The translations under genes and the position numbers were made by a program. This document shows positions 41,210 to 54,050 of a stretch of DNA of 64,000 nucleotides, in pieces. Position 1 is the first letter of the stretch. Each line of letters begins with the position of its first letter. A model generated the notes under the pieces. The model was not told where the DNA came from, did not search any database, and saw nothing but the letters and a program-made list of their open reading frames with translations. The stretch covers positions 38,380,001 to 38,444,000 of the forward strand of contig CM052816.1 in NCBI GenBank assembly GCA_028534125.1, in the 5' to 3' direction. The DNA comes from Lama glama. Lineage: Eukaryota.

Positions 41210-41530
41210 TACTTTTACAGCATATAGCATTGATTTGGCACTCTCTTTACACCAGGTTCTGCCCTAGATACTTAAGATATATGAATGAGCAAAACAGACA
41301 AAAACTCCCTGCCCACGTGCAGAGTGCATTACAGTGGAGAGAGACAGAACTGATAAGAAAAAGGATATAGTGTGCGTTAGGTGGTAAGAAATGCCATGAG
41401 GGAAAAAAAACAACAACAACAACATAAGTAAGGCTGAAGAATAAAGAGTAGGGTGTGGTGCACATTGTAAGTTTAAACAGGATGGTCAGGTAGGCCTCAT
41501 TGAGAAGATGATCTTTGAGCAAAAATTTGA
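41210..41530 (-). mobile_element. L2 3' fragment (MIR adjacent at about 40950-41110)
   Basis: caccaggttctgccctagatac...aaaacagacaaaaactccctgccc...gaagatgatctttgagcaaa. Confidence 0.7.
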
Positions 41531-41654
41531 AAAAATAACAGGTAAATACAGTACTAAAATATCTTCTAGAATGCGGGCTCCATACAGTGCATTATTTAGC
41601 ATTTGTACGAGGCCAAATATTGATTCACAGATGAAATGAAGAGCGTGTGCTCAC

Positions 41655-41733
41655 CTAGCCTCAAAAATGTTCTTTCGCAGGGGTGAGCTGCAGAACCGCT
41701 GGGCAGCAGCCTGCAGACTTACTTCACGGCAGC
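41655..41733 (-). CDS. Putative exon with two alternative 5' splice sites (11 nt: 41733-41723; 79 nt: 41733-41655); the only frame open across the long form is (G)CREVSLQAAAQRFCSSPLRKNIFEA(R)
   Basis: Acceptor ttgcttcctctctgcag|GCTGCC; donors GAA|GTAAGT and TAG|GTGAGC; local GC/CpG-rich patch in AT-rich, repeat-free sequence. Confidence 0.55.
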
Positions 41734-44700
41734 CTGCAGAGAGGAAGCAATGTGCTCAGTTAATCTTTAATATATAATTCCCTTACTGCAGGGAGACAGC
41801 AGAAGATAGTAAATAGTCCCAGAGAAGTACACTCTGCAATATAATGCCCTCTGAGGAGGACGTGCGGTGTCAGTTTATTTGAAGGAATATATGAAGAAGA
41901 AGAAAATGCGCAACTCTGTAGGGGAGACTCCTACCTCTCTAACATTATGAGTCCAAACGTCCCTAAAACAACACACATGTGAGGGAAAAAGTAAAAGTAA
42001 ACACGGGTCTGAACTTCACTAGGCAGCTTTCCTTTATCCCCCGGTAGTCAGTCATGTTAAACCACAGTGGGCCCCAGGCTGAATTTTAAACTTTCCGTAT
42101 ACCGGGAGCCAATCTAGACCCAAGAGGGAAAAAAATCACCAAGCGTATCCTAATGAAGGCTCCCAAACCTTCTATAGCCCACCTTATACCTCACACTTCC
42201 CTTAGCGCTCAAACAGCCAGCTACTCTGTTCTACCCATTCCATCCCTTTCACCACTTGAAAAAATAAAGTGGCTGAAGGATTTGGTGACCCCCTGGGTGA
42301 GGGAGAAATTCACAGGCTGTATATTTGTATTCTTTCATCCTGAATATCTAGCTCAACATAACCACGGAGAAGTCAGTTAAGGTAGGACTTCAGAGGCTAA
42401 AAGGAACAGGCAGCGTAACACTCAAAATTGATTTGCCCCCTGGGGATCTAACTCTTCTGCAATGCTCATTAAAGCTTAACTTAAAATTTTAAAAGGTTTA
42501 GAAAACCCTTTTAAAAGCATTTTTCAGTGTGACCTCACTCCAACTGACTGTCCTGCTTGGTTAAGCTTACTGTGGAGGGAATGGAATTTTTCTGCTGGGT
42601 TGCGAATGATTGTATAGACAAAGGGAATAGTTAAAATGCTCTTACTTGTGATAAAATTGATGGAACTAGCATAGAGGGTCCATATTTCCCTAATTAAGCC
42701 CTGAAATGGCTTCTGCACTTTTTTTTTTTGAAACCAGAGGGAATTCTGTTGAAATGAACAAATATTTTATACGGTTAAGTGTTCATTAAAATGAGCAATA
42801 GGGAATGAGCACAATATCCAAAATCAAGAGGAAAACTGTAAAATGGAAAAGGATAGACAAATTAATAACCTAGGATTCTGGCACTCTGATGAAATCGTCA
42901 CCTGTTGTTTTTGTTTTTCTAATTATTTTTCGTATAATTTACTCAGCTGTGCCTGTAATTCTCAAGTATGTACAACGTTAATACAGAAGTTAAAGTTGTT
43001 AAAGTCAGACTGTTTTATTTTTCTAACCATTTGAATAAAAGACAATACACATTTTTATAAGAAATTTCAAAGAATAATAGACATTTTCTAAAAATATAAA
43101 AGTAAGTTCCTATGCAACTGATTTGCACATTATATAAGGTGACATTTAGTATTTTACAGTCTTTTTCTCCTGACCAAAAAGGATTGGCTTCAGCATACTA
43201 ATTCAATTCAAATTCCAGGAATTATCTGTTGATATTAATTCACAGTTTTTTTTAAAGATGCTTAAAACAAATTAAAACAAAGCTTTGTCTAAAAGAAAGT
43301 TTTATAGACAATTTGCTCCAAATGGAAATTTACTTGCCATTATGCACCTAATTTATGCTCAAACATAAAATTATTTTACAATGTAAAACTTAGATAGAGC
43401 CATTAAATACTGAAAAAAATTACACACTGACATTTCCAATATTATAAATTGAAGTGTGCTATATATTGTATTTCCTCATCCAACACAATAGACACACACA
43501 CACTCACACATACACTCTGCATGGGTGTTGACTATTAAAACAATAAACCTGTGGCACAGTGGTATTGTGTAAGAAAAATTAAATTCAAATTTAACTGCCA
43601 GCCATATATGGAATATTTCAACGTGAGCCATATTGGTTTAACCCAGATACTTGTATTTTGTGTTAACTTTGAGAATGTATCATGATAAGAGGCAAAAATT
43701 GTCGGTAGGGTTGCCCTCTTGATAAGACAGCACCTGGAAGATTTTCCCACTCCTATCCGATAGCAAATAAACATTTCAATGGACTAAAACTTACGCCAAA
43801 ATGAAAAGATATGTTACATTTTTCTGCCTCTGAAATAAGGAAAGGACATAAGTTCATCCAAAAGAAAGATGAAGTCTCAAAAGCATTATTTACTCTCAGT
43901 GAAAGTAGAGGCATCCGATTTATATCTGATGATGTGTTTCAGGACCAAAATCTTCCTTCTAAACTGCATACTAAAGCAATATCTTTGGGATGAAAAGTTC
44001 CTATTTGCTACACACTATGCTCTTAGAACCCCATTTATTTTTTTCATAATTGACATATATTTCACTACGTTTGTTCCCTGGAGTCTTGGTAATGCCCGAC
44101 AGCAGTCCTTAACTAACCAATAATCTAAAAGTCAGGAGGCTGAATGAAGGTTGTTCTTTTGAGGGTACAATTTTTAACAAGAAGGGCAGACAGAAAGACT
44201 GAAACAAATTTTGAAAGTTGTATACAACAAAGAACACATCAGTTTTGAAAATTTCTGTCATAACACCTGTTGGAAGCAAAACCACATCTAGTTCCAGTTC
44301 TCTCAGAGTGTACAGAAGATAAAAGCCTGTGTCAAATAAAGTGCTTTGTCCAGTAGGAAATGTCTGTGACATAACTATATTGTTAGCAATTCTCTCTTAG
44401 TTACATATGTTAAAGACACACAAAATATCACTTCCAGGAAGAAAACACCACATTTTAATTCTTCATATAATTAAGCAAAAAAGACCTGTGTAACCTGGCT
44501 TCAAAAGCATGATAGTTATTTCTCTAGCATGTGTCCCCCTAGAGGTATGTAGAGTAAGGAGAAATTTAATTCCATTTTATTTAAACTTCTTGACAAATAC
44601 AGAATACTTGAACGTGAGAAGTATTTGTTTAACCCAGATATATGATGTTGAAATGTGCTAAATCAGAAGACAAATGAATCTGGAAACCTATGATAATCAG

Positions 44701-45247
44701 GAATACTTGACCATTAGGCAGCCCTGTAACAATACAAATACACTTTTAGTGTCACCTTTTGTCCTATGAGCTGGGTCAGTAATTTCATATGCAGGTTTTG
44801 TGGTGGAAACTATTTCTGGATAGTGACTAAGGACTTCCAGTAGTTGCTGGGTCAGTGAGAAGAGTGTCAGCACTACTGTGGCCACTCCCAGAGAAAAGTA
44901 ATGTATGGAAATTAGAGGAGTTGCTTTGTCGGAGTACTGGGTTAGAATGACAATGGATGGAAAAAAAAATGACCTTCAAACACAGAAGGGGAGAGTTTTA
45001 AACAAGGAGATGAAGGCAGTGGGAGCAGGGAAACAATTATTCACAATTATTTGTTATTTACAAAAAGAAAATACTAACAGGAAATCATCTTTGGATAGAA
45101 ATACAAAGAAAACTTCTATATCCAATTTTAGCTGTCCATTTATTATAAGGAAACACAAATATCATGCTTCTCATCATATAGTTGGACAAAAGCCACAGTC
45201 AATCATTTCTAAAAAAAATTACTGAAATACCTTTGGACCCTATATTG

Positions 45248-45261
45248 TATTATTATTATTA

Positions 45262-45301
<40 letters not shown>

Positions 45302-45312
45302 GTTGTTGTTAT
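45248..45312. repeat. Compound (ATT)n-(GTT)n microsatellite
   Basis: tattattatt...tgttgttgtt. Confidence 0.95.
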
Positions 45313-46946
45313 ATACCATAGATAGAGTTCTAAATTTTTTTTAATTAAGGTTAATGATACTCTATTGTTGATAACTTTTTCTTCCTATTTTTGGAATAAC
45401 TCATGAACAAGATGTAAATATAATTCACAACGGAGAATGTTAAAGACACAACACAATTACTGCCATACCATTTATCAGAGAAATGCAAATAGCACACAAG
45501 TAATCCAGTTTATGCCATGTTCCGTGTGGTATTCATCCACAGCACAGAAAACATACATGTGACATAATACAGATAAAATAACAAAGAAAAGTTCTCACAG
45601 AAAAGAATTAAAGAGCATCATAAAAATGTATTGTTTCAACATAAGGCCATGTATAATTGGGTGCCAATGTGCATATTAAAATCAAAAGTGTGTACGCAAT
45701 TTCTCTCTAGCGCTCTTAGTCCAACTATAACCTTGACCATCCTAATAGTTCTACTTTGGAAGGAATGCCTGGCAGTCATAGAATGGCTCGCCTCATCTTG
45801 CATTTCAGACAAAGTTGCAAAGAGTAACCAGAAAATAATGCTAATAAATTAAAATTTCCTACCGCTAGTTGTATTTTTATCCATCACTTAAGAATGAAGG
45901 AATTGTGGGGGAAAGAATGAAGGGATGGATAGTTTAAAATTAGACCTGAAAAAAAGAAAACAAGGGCATTCTAGGTTACTATGGCACCCGATTCTCAGGC
46001 TCAATTTTCTTTACACTTGGAGAATAAATGTCCCACTATCAAATACATGTTCCTCTGCTAACATTTGTGAGTATATTCTTTCTGTGCAATTCAGAGATAT
46101 CATTACCAGGTGCAATCCCCCTTGGGTGCCAGGACAGTCTGCTTACTTGGAATCTTTCAATTAAGCATCTTAATTGGACCGACAAGGGCACTGGAATTCA
46201 GACTATGAAAGCAATGAACCATTTGGGAATAAAAATCTCAAAATAACATTTTACTTAATTATTATCCATATTTCATTCTGAAAGTTACATTCAGGGTACT
46301 ATTGTGTCAATCTGCATGGTTTACTGACATACACTTTAGAGGTGCCTTCAGGGCTCTTTAGCCTTTAAAGTGCCAGGTTCAGGGTTTTCCATTTCCCTGG
46401 AGATAATTGAGGCCAATCCAATGTCCTTAAAAAATGCACAGGAAACAATCTCTTTTTCACATGAGGTCATGGGTGAATCTAAATGTCATAAGCTGATTTC
46501 CCCATTGATCAATTAAGGTGCTGTACTTGACCCATTTAAAAAATATATATATGCATAATGTTAACATTCCAATAGAATTTACATAATAAATACATTGTAA
46601 TACTTTAATTTCTACCTACTTTTAACATTCTGCATCAATAACACTGCTGAACAGTCTGCTTCAGAGCAAGTATTTGTTGAAATATTTGTCAGGCTAATGT
46701 ACTTTCATTTGTGAGAAATTCCTGTCCATATGCTTACATATCAATGTATTATTGCCAAAATACATTTTTCACAACTCGGTATGCTCTATTTTTTCTCCAA
46801 AATTAATAAAATAGAAATGTTTAACATAATAATTTCTGATTCATATTTTCTAGCCTGATTTTAAAAATCATAGTTTATTTAAAGCCTTTTAAACTTTCAG
46901 CATTTCTTATTTTATTCTTGACATTGATAGAAAAAGCAACACAAAT

Positions 46947-47469
46947 ATAAAGAAGAAAAACGTTCTCCTTAACCTTCTTAGAGTCCCTGTCTTGGTCTGA
47001 AAATTAAAATGACAAAGACAGATTGACAGAAGAAAAGCATACAAACGTATTTAATAGAAGTTTTATGTGACATGAGAACCTTCATAAAGAAATGGAGACT
47101 CAAGAAACATACCTGACTATTTTTATGCTAGGTTTGATGAGAGTGGACAGTCATGGGGAAATACGATAGATCAAGAAGTATGAGGCAAGTGGAATAAACT
47201 GGGGAAAACTTACCAAGTCCTGTTTGTTAGGATTCTTCTCAGCTCCCTTTTGTCTAACATCCTTATGTTAGACATAAGGATACTCCACTCCTCCTGGAAT
47301 AGGGAGGACACCTCTCACATGAGGGTTTTCTAATGTGTTCTAGGGAAGAAAGCGGGAGAAAGGTCAAATGGCCTCCTGCTTCTCCTGTTTTCTCAAACGC
47401 CTTTAGCTTAACATATTCAATATGCCAAGGTACCATATTTTGGGAATGTGTGTCCTGAATTCCATCACA
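46947..47469. mobile_element. ERV1-type solo LTR
   Basis: gacaaagacagattgacagaagaaaagcatacaaacgtatttaa...gcttaacatattcaatatgccaaggtaccatattttggg...tccatca, typical of MER-class ERV1 LTRs. Confidence 0.7.
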
Positions 47470-50187
47470 GGTCACAACTCAGACTGTAACAGTATACAGC
47501 TCATTTCATACAGGGCAGGATTCTAAAATCAACTAGAATTTTTGAACTAGTTATGCATACAGGTATGAGCTAGACTGACCACACAATTTACCTTCTAACC
47601 CAAGCTATTTTAGAGTGAAAATGGGTGCTAATAATAGTTACAGAGCTAGCAAAGTTGTAAACCAGGAAGGGAATACGGTCGCTCTGGGATGAGTAAACAT
47701 TGATTGTGAAGCAAAATATTTTGTTTGATACGTGCAGAAACATTTCAATTGGGATCAGCTTTTCAAGGGAATTTATGAATTGAGAAAAGTTAAAAAGTGA
47801 CAAATTATTGCTTTTTCCAGCTTTTAGGATTTATAACAAAGATATAAAATTAGGACACTGTGTAAAATGATATAGGTAATGATACCATCTCTCATCACTT
47901 ACTAAGTGTATAACATATTCTCATTTTGAAACTCATTTTGAAAGGTAAGAAAGATATCTTCTCCTGATTGTTTCATCCTCTCAGTTTTGCAATTTCATGG
48001 GTGACACTGAGGGATATATGAAATCATCATAAACATTTTGATTCCATAATGTAAAGACTAACTGTTCATTTACAGATATTATGTATAGATAATGGTAGAT
48101 GATTTTCTTGGGAATCACAATTGTCATAATATAAATTAATTAATGGTTATTTTCAACTTTAAAGCATTCTTTTCTTAAGGATAAATGTGAGCCACAATTA
48201 GTAGAAAAGTGTCATTGTGTCCAAAGCAAATAACAAAATTTATAATAATTTACCTTATTTCTTCAACCTAAATAGATCACATAAAGCAGGGCCCAAAACA
48301 TTGCAAATAAAATTATTTGTTTTAAGAAACAGACTTTAAAAAATCCTTTACACATCAAATAGAATTGGCAAATAGTGATTTTCCTAGAAATTCAAGTGTC
48401 TTTGGGAAAATGACTTCTGTTTCTATTCATGAACATCTAAAAAATTAATGTAATCTTTAAAATATTACAGAGAATTAGGGATCTTCAATATTTTACTAGA
48501 AAAGGATTTCACCAAATCTTAACATATTATTTAAAAACACATCATGTTATTTGTTAATGAACAAAATCTGTAGAAATTACTGGCGTGAACTGACACTGTG
48601 GTATAATCTTGCCAGTCATCCCATGATTACTGGTGGCAGCAAGACTGTGCCATGCAAGGTTAACAGACATTTTGTCGGGCACATGCTTTAGTCACAATCT
48701 GATTCTTCTCCCCTGCAGGCTGTTGAATGAAAATGCAATCTTGTGATTTGTGTTAGAACAGAGATCAACAGGGGGACCAGGAGTTGCCCACCTCTCACAC
48801 TGTCCACCCTGTTACAAGTGTGGATGACTTACGGTGGAGAAATGAAACTAAAACACAACTAGGCTTAGAAGTACTCTGCTTAACTATGCTCAAATGCAAT
48901 AAACATAAATCCAGCAGACAAAGTACCTCGCAAGCATAGGGTACTGCAGATGCTGTATACTTAGGGCTCTAGCCCCATAAATTCATAATGATTTCCTTCT
49001 GGGTATCTTAAGGCCACCACATGATTTTTGACAAATTATATATATTTTGGAATTTCCATTTTGAATAGTTAATTTTAAGAGCAGTTATTTCTGAAGGGAA
49101 ATTCATCTAATAACCACTAGGGCATGGTTTCCCCAAAGCATACAGTTATGCTTGCTTGAAGGAAGTCAGCCATGCATTACCAACAAAAGTTAGCACTCCT
49201 GTTGTGCCTGGCGCTGTTCTCCTTTGTGGCATTTTCTAGTTTTTATGATTACACCACCTTTTTTTTGTCACGAATTACCTTTCTGGGGAAGTTTTTCTTT
49301 CAATATCTACAGGAAAAATTCATAGTGCACATACAGCCTTTTCTTTAACTAAGTTTGATTAGTTTTTTAAGTGAGAAATATGGTGTTTCTTTGCAACAAG
49401 TTTCATGTGCTAAGTACCAATGAAAACACAGGTGAGTGTATTTCATTTCCATGAAAACATACAAGTGGTCTGTGAAAGATAAAGCATAGTAAGAGTACAA
49501 TGTTCTGTATTTCCTAAATATATTCTGGTCTGTCTACTGAAGTGGGTACTTCAGGGTACATCCTGACTATAATTTAATCACTTTTGGTAAATGGGTACCA
49601 CTTACATAGTCTTCTCTCTCTGCTCTAAAGGATTTCTGCAGTCTTTTTATTTGCTGTCAGCTCCTTTTGAAAATAAATTTTCCTACTATAGTCTTAACCT
49701 TAAAGTCACAATGATGCTTTGCAGGGTTCTTTGTGAAAGAAAGCATAAGCTAATTCAAATATGTGAACTGGCAGCTCATAATACAAAACGATAAGCATTT
49801 GAAACCTTTTGGTTCACTTCTATGTAGTTACTAATTTCATATGCTGTTATAAATCACACAGCTTTTTAAGTGATTGACAGAATTGCCACTAATTATTCTT
49901 TTACTTTTTCTACTTTTAATTTTTTAAAATTTCAATATACAAAAAGAGACCAAAAATAGAATGAACCTGCATATCTCTATCCCATATTGTCAATTATTTT
50001 CACTCCATGGCCAGTCTTTTATATCCTTGCCTACCTGTCCTATCCAGTATTATTTTGAATATTATTTAAAATATATAACCATATAATTGAATTTAAACAT
50101 TAAATCTTATAATTAATTTTTTTCTTATATAAGGATCCAAGTAAAATTCACACATTGTTACCGGCTGACATGTGTTTAAGTCTTTTT

Positions 50188-50907
50188 CTTTTTTTTAAAG
50201 TATAGTAATGCAATTGTTATGGTGACTTAAATGTACTAAACCTACTTTTTAAAAAGACCACTTTGTTGAGGTATGATTTACATCCAAAAAGCTGTACATA
50301 TTTAATGTATAAAACTTGAGACATTTGGAGACAAGTACACAGAAGTGAAACTAACACTACAGTCGATTTCATAAACATATCCATCACTGTCAAAAGTTTC
50401 CTCCTGCCCTACTCATTTGTATTTCTTCATTTGTGTGTGCATGCATGATAAGAACACTTAACATGACATCTATTCTGTTAGCATATTTTTAAGTATGTAA
50501 TACAGTACTGTTAATTATAGGTTCTAAACTATACAGTAGATGTCTTGGACTTGTTAATTTGTATAACTGAAACTTTGTACCCTTTTACTAATACTTGTTC
50601 CCTCTCCTCCCAGCCCCTGACAACAACCAATCTCCTCTCTACTTATATGAGTTGGATTACTTTAGATTCTTCATATAAGTAGTGTGTCCTTCTGTGTCTC
50701 ATTTATCTTACTTAGCTTAACATTCTCCAGTTTCACCTACATTGTTGCAAATGGCAGCATTTCCTGCCATCATTTTTAAGGCTGAGTAATATTTCATTGT
50801 ATGTATATACAACATTTTTTGATCCATTCATCCAACGATGGACATATAGGTAGTTTCCATCTCTTGGCTATTGAGAACAATGATGCAATGAGCATGAGAG
50901 TACATAT
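50188..50907 (-). mobile_element. L1MA-type 3' end nested in an older L1MC-type 3' end (about 49920-51170)
   Basis: ctttgttgaggtatgatttacatccaaaaagctgtacatatttaatgta...; TSD tttaagtctt at about 50175-50184 and 50908-50917. Confidence 0.8.
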
Positions 50908-51199
50908 TTTAAGTCTTCTTTAATCTATTGGTTTCCACTCCTCACACATTCACATTCTCTCGCTCCCTTGCAATGTATTTGTTAAAGAAACTTGATTTCT
51001 TGTACTGCCCAGTTTCCCAGTCTGGATTTCACTGACAGCATTTCTGTGTTTCCTTAATAGTCTTCTCTATACTCTGTATTTCCTATAAATTGGAAGTTGG
51101 ATCTAGAAAATTAATCAAATTCATGTTTAATATTTTGGGCAAGAATATTCCATAAGTGCTGTTGTAAAGTATTCTTTAATAGTAGAAATATTCACATTT

Positions 51200-51455
51200 G
51201 ACCATCATAAAGTTGTGGTTAAAAGCACAGGCTCTGGAGGCTGAATATGTGGAAATTAATCCTGGTTTTGTCTCATGTGGTGATGAAACCTTGAGCAAAT
51301 GAATTAATCAGTACTTCACTTCCTTCATCTGTGAAATGGGAATGAAAACCATACCTGATGAGATTTGTGTCAAGACGAGATAAATTAATTCCAGAAAAAG
51401 CACTTCAAGTAATTCTTAGTTCACAGTAAGTATTCAATATATGTTAGCTATTAAA
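51200..51455 (+). mobile_element. MIR SINE
   Basis: gtggttaaaagcacaggctctggag...ttccttcatctgtgaaatggga...cacagtaagtattcaatatatgttagctatt. Confidence 0.85.
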
Positions 51456-53904
51456 ATCAGCTACTGGACTTAATTATAAGGAAGAACATGCAGAAAATAT
51501 TTGCAAAAATTTTCATTCATATAGCAGCTAAATTGACAAGCCAAATAAGAATGGCTTTTCAATACCTAACATAAAAGTTGAAATGTGAGTGGACTAAAAG
51601 GTTCAAATATATCAGGGAACTGGTAATGAAAGATGCAGCCTTATACTGGTAGGTCAATGACTTAACATCCCACAGGTTACTAGTAATTGAAAGGAACTCC
51701 TGCTCTCCGGTTCTGTTAAATGTATTACATCCTTCAATATATACCATTCTTGGCTCAACCTTAGAAAATAACCTACACGCATGATCAAGTCACATTTTAT
51801 TCTTTCTTAAAGATACTTTGACAGCATCAAGCTAAGCAAAACAACTCTCTTAGCTAGGCAGAAGAAATGGGTTCATCTCTTGCTATCCAGAGCAATAGTT
51901 GGTGAATGAAGTTTTTACTCTTTTAGAGATAGGGCATAAATGTTTCACACATTCAATTGTAGTTTACAGAATTTCTAAGGGAGCAAAATCACTTAATATG
52001 CATTTTTTAAAATCACAATCTTGAGAATGGCTATTAACTAAGGATTTAGCAAACAAAGTTATAAAATCCATAAGATTGGAAAATAGTGAAGATTTGAAGT
52101 CAGGTGAGCAATGGAAAATTAAGGCTGGGTGTTTAAGAAAACTGCCTATTAGCAGGAACTATTAGATAACGGAATGTTCTTTTCCTAAGCTCCATAAATG
52201 TCAAAAGTAAATTGGAAAACACATTGAAAGAAATGTTCCACCTTATCAAGGGAATAAATGAAATGGTCATGAAACAATCTCATGTTTCTATAAGCTGGGC
52301 TGCAAATTAGATGCATAAAATTTACCTACCAAGCTATGAACACGGTAAGTCCAACATTAGGCTTAGTCCGAGTTGCACTGGGAAAAGTTCCATTTCCAGA
52401 TCCTCAGCCAAAAGCTGAATAATACCCATATGGAAATTTGGAGCAAAATCAATTGTTAAAGTCAGATTATGAGATTTTAACTGCCATTCTAAAACTACTT
52501 ATACGGCCTTTCTATGTTATTTCCACTTGCCAGATCAACACCCAAGAGTCATTTTGACATTTAAAAAAAAATCCCAATTACACATCCAACTGCTGATTTA
52601 CAAAGCAAAAAGCAACCTGTGATTTTGGCTTCTAAACCCCGTTTGCCTTAGGGATAGATGGATGAAAGAAATTCTAGCCTACTGTTTAAGGGCTAATAGT
52701 CCCACATTTCCATATCCCATTTAGGGCGTGCAGATTTTAGCACTTCAGCTTAAAGAGTATCATTTTATATATAGTGAGTGGAGTAAGCAGCAAGCAAGAA
52801 TGGGATAATAAATGGCAAAGCAGCAAAGAGGCTGTTGCTGCAGGTATCCTCCTATGCCAACTGCCCAAGGAAAATGGCTGTGAAAACCGAACACATTTTT
52901 TTTTTCCATGAGCAAAGGATGAGAATTTAATAGTAAAAGAGTAAATTGAGTGTCTGTCCTTTTACCTCTTACTAGAATTTCTTTGTTGTCCTTTGCATGG
53001 GGAAGGTTAACAGCTCAACCTAATTCTTCACTCCAAGGAACTTTACAGGCTGTCATTTGGTTAAGGGCTAATGGGTCTTCTGGGATTTGACAGCTGAATG
53101 GAGTGCTCATTGGAGCAGGCGGCTCCACAGAAGGCCTGGAAAAGAATGTTTGAGTTGGAGAGAAGGTGCTGCTCCAACTGCTTTTCCACCTGCAAAAACA
53201 GAACCTTTGGGGACAGTAGCCCCGCAGTTAACAGGGGATCCCAGGAATGAGAGAGGTGTTAAATTTGCCGGTTCTTCTGTTTAGCCAAGGATTTTCCGAC
53301 CTTGCTGTTCTTGGCAAAATTTTGAAATATCCCACTTCTCTCACCCTGAGCTTTTCCCTTCCCATTTCTCAGGGATAGTTTTGAGAATCGGAATCACTAT
53401 TCCAAACAGAGAGACAGAATTTTAAGAGGATGTGAGAGTTACACTCCTGGGTTCCCCACATGTCTCTAAGCAGCACTGGGCAGCTATGGGGTGTTGGTGG
53501 AGGCTGTGCAGGGGAGGAGCTGGCAGGGGCAGGTAGCAAACAGCAAATAAAAGGATCAAGTTGCCAACCAACTCAACCTCCACTCCACGTTGCAGAGAGA
53601 TGCTTCCTAAAACCCCTTGCTGACTAAATCAGACAGAAAATTTTAAAACACTACCAACTGAAAATGCCACAGATTTCACTCAGCAAACTCTGAAAGTCAA
53701 GTTCATATTTACCTTGCTGAACTGAGTACAACATTCCTGATGAGAGCACCTTTCAAACTGTTTCTTTTCTAAAATTTCCAATGAAAAACCTGAACCATCT
53801 GCATTAGCCTGTTGTGATAAAGTGACGCAGACCTTGTCCTAAACCTAACAATACAAAAATGCTACTTTTGATGAAAAAGCACAAAGAATTTAATTTTCTC
53901 TTAT

Positions 53905-54050
53905 GTTTCTTTTAAAAATTTTGTTGTAGTAAAATATATAGAACATAAAATGTCACCATTTTAACTATTTTTAAGTGTCCAAATCAGTGGCATTAATTAC
54001 ATTCACAATGTTGTGCAACCATCATCACTATTTCCAAAATTTTAACCACT
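53905..54050 (-). mobile_element. L1MB-type 3' end fragment
   Basis: ccattttaactatttttaagtgtcc...cattcacaatgttgtgcaaccatcatcacta. Confidence 0.8.

Noticed and set aside
47592..47683. Minus-strand exon candidate (SDRIPFLVYNF...)
   Set aside because: Weak acceptor and donor, and its end phase does not fit the open frame of the 41733 exon.
53713..53770. Minus-strand exon candidate ending AAG|gtaaat
   Set aside because: Poor polypyrimidine tract and incompatible phase.
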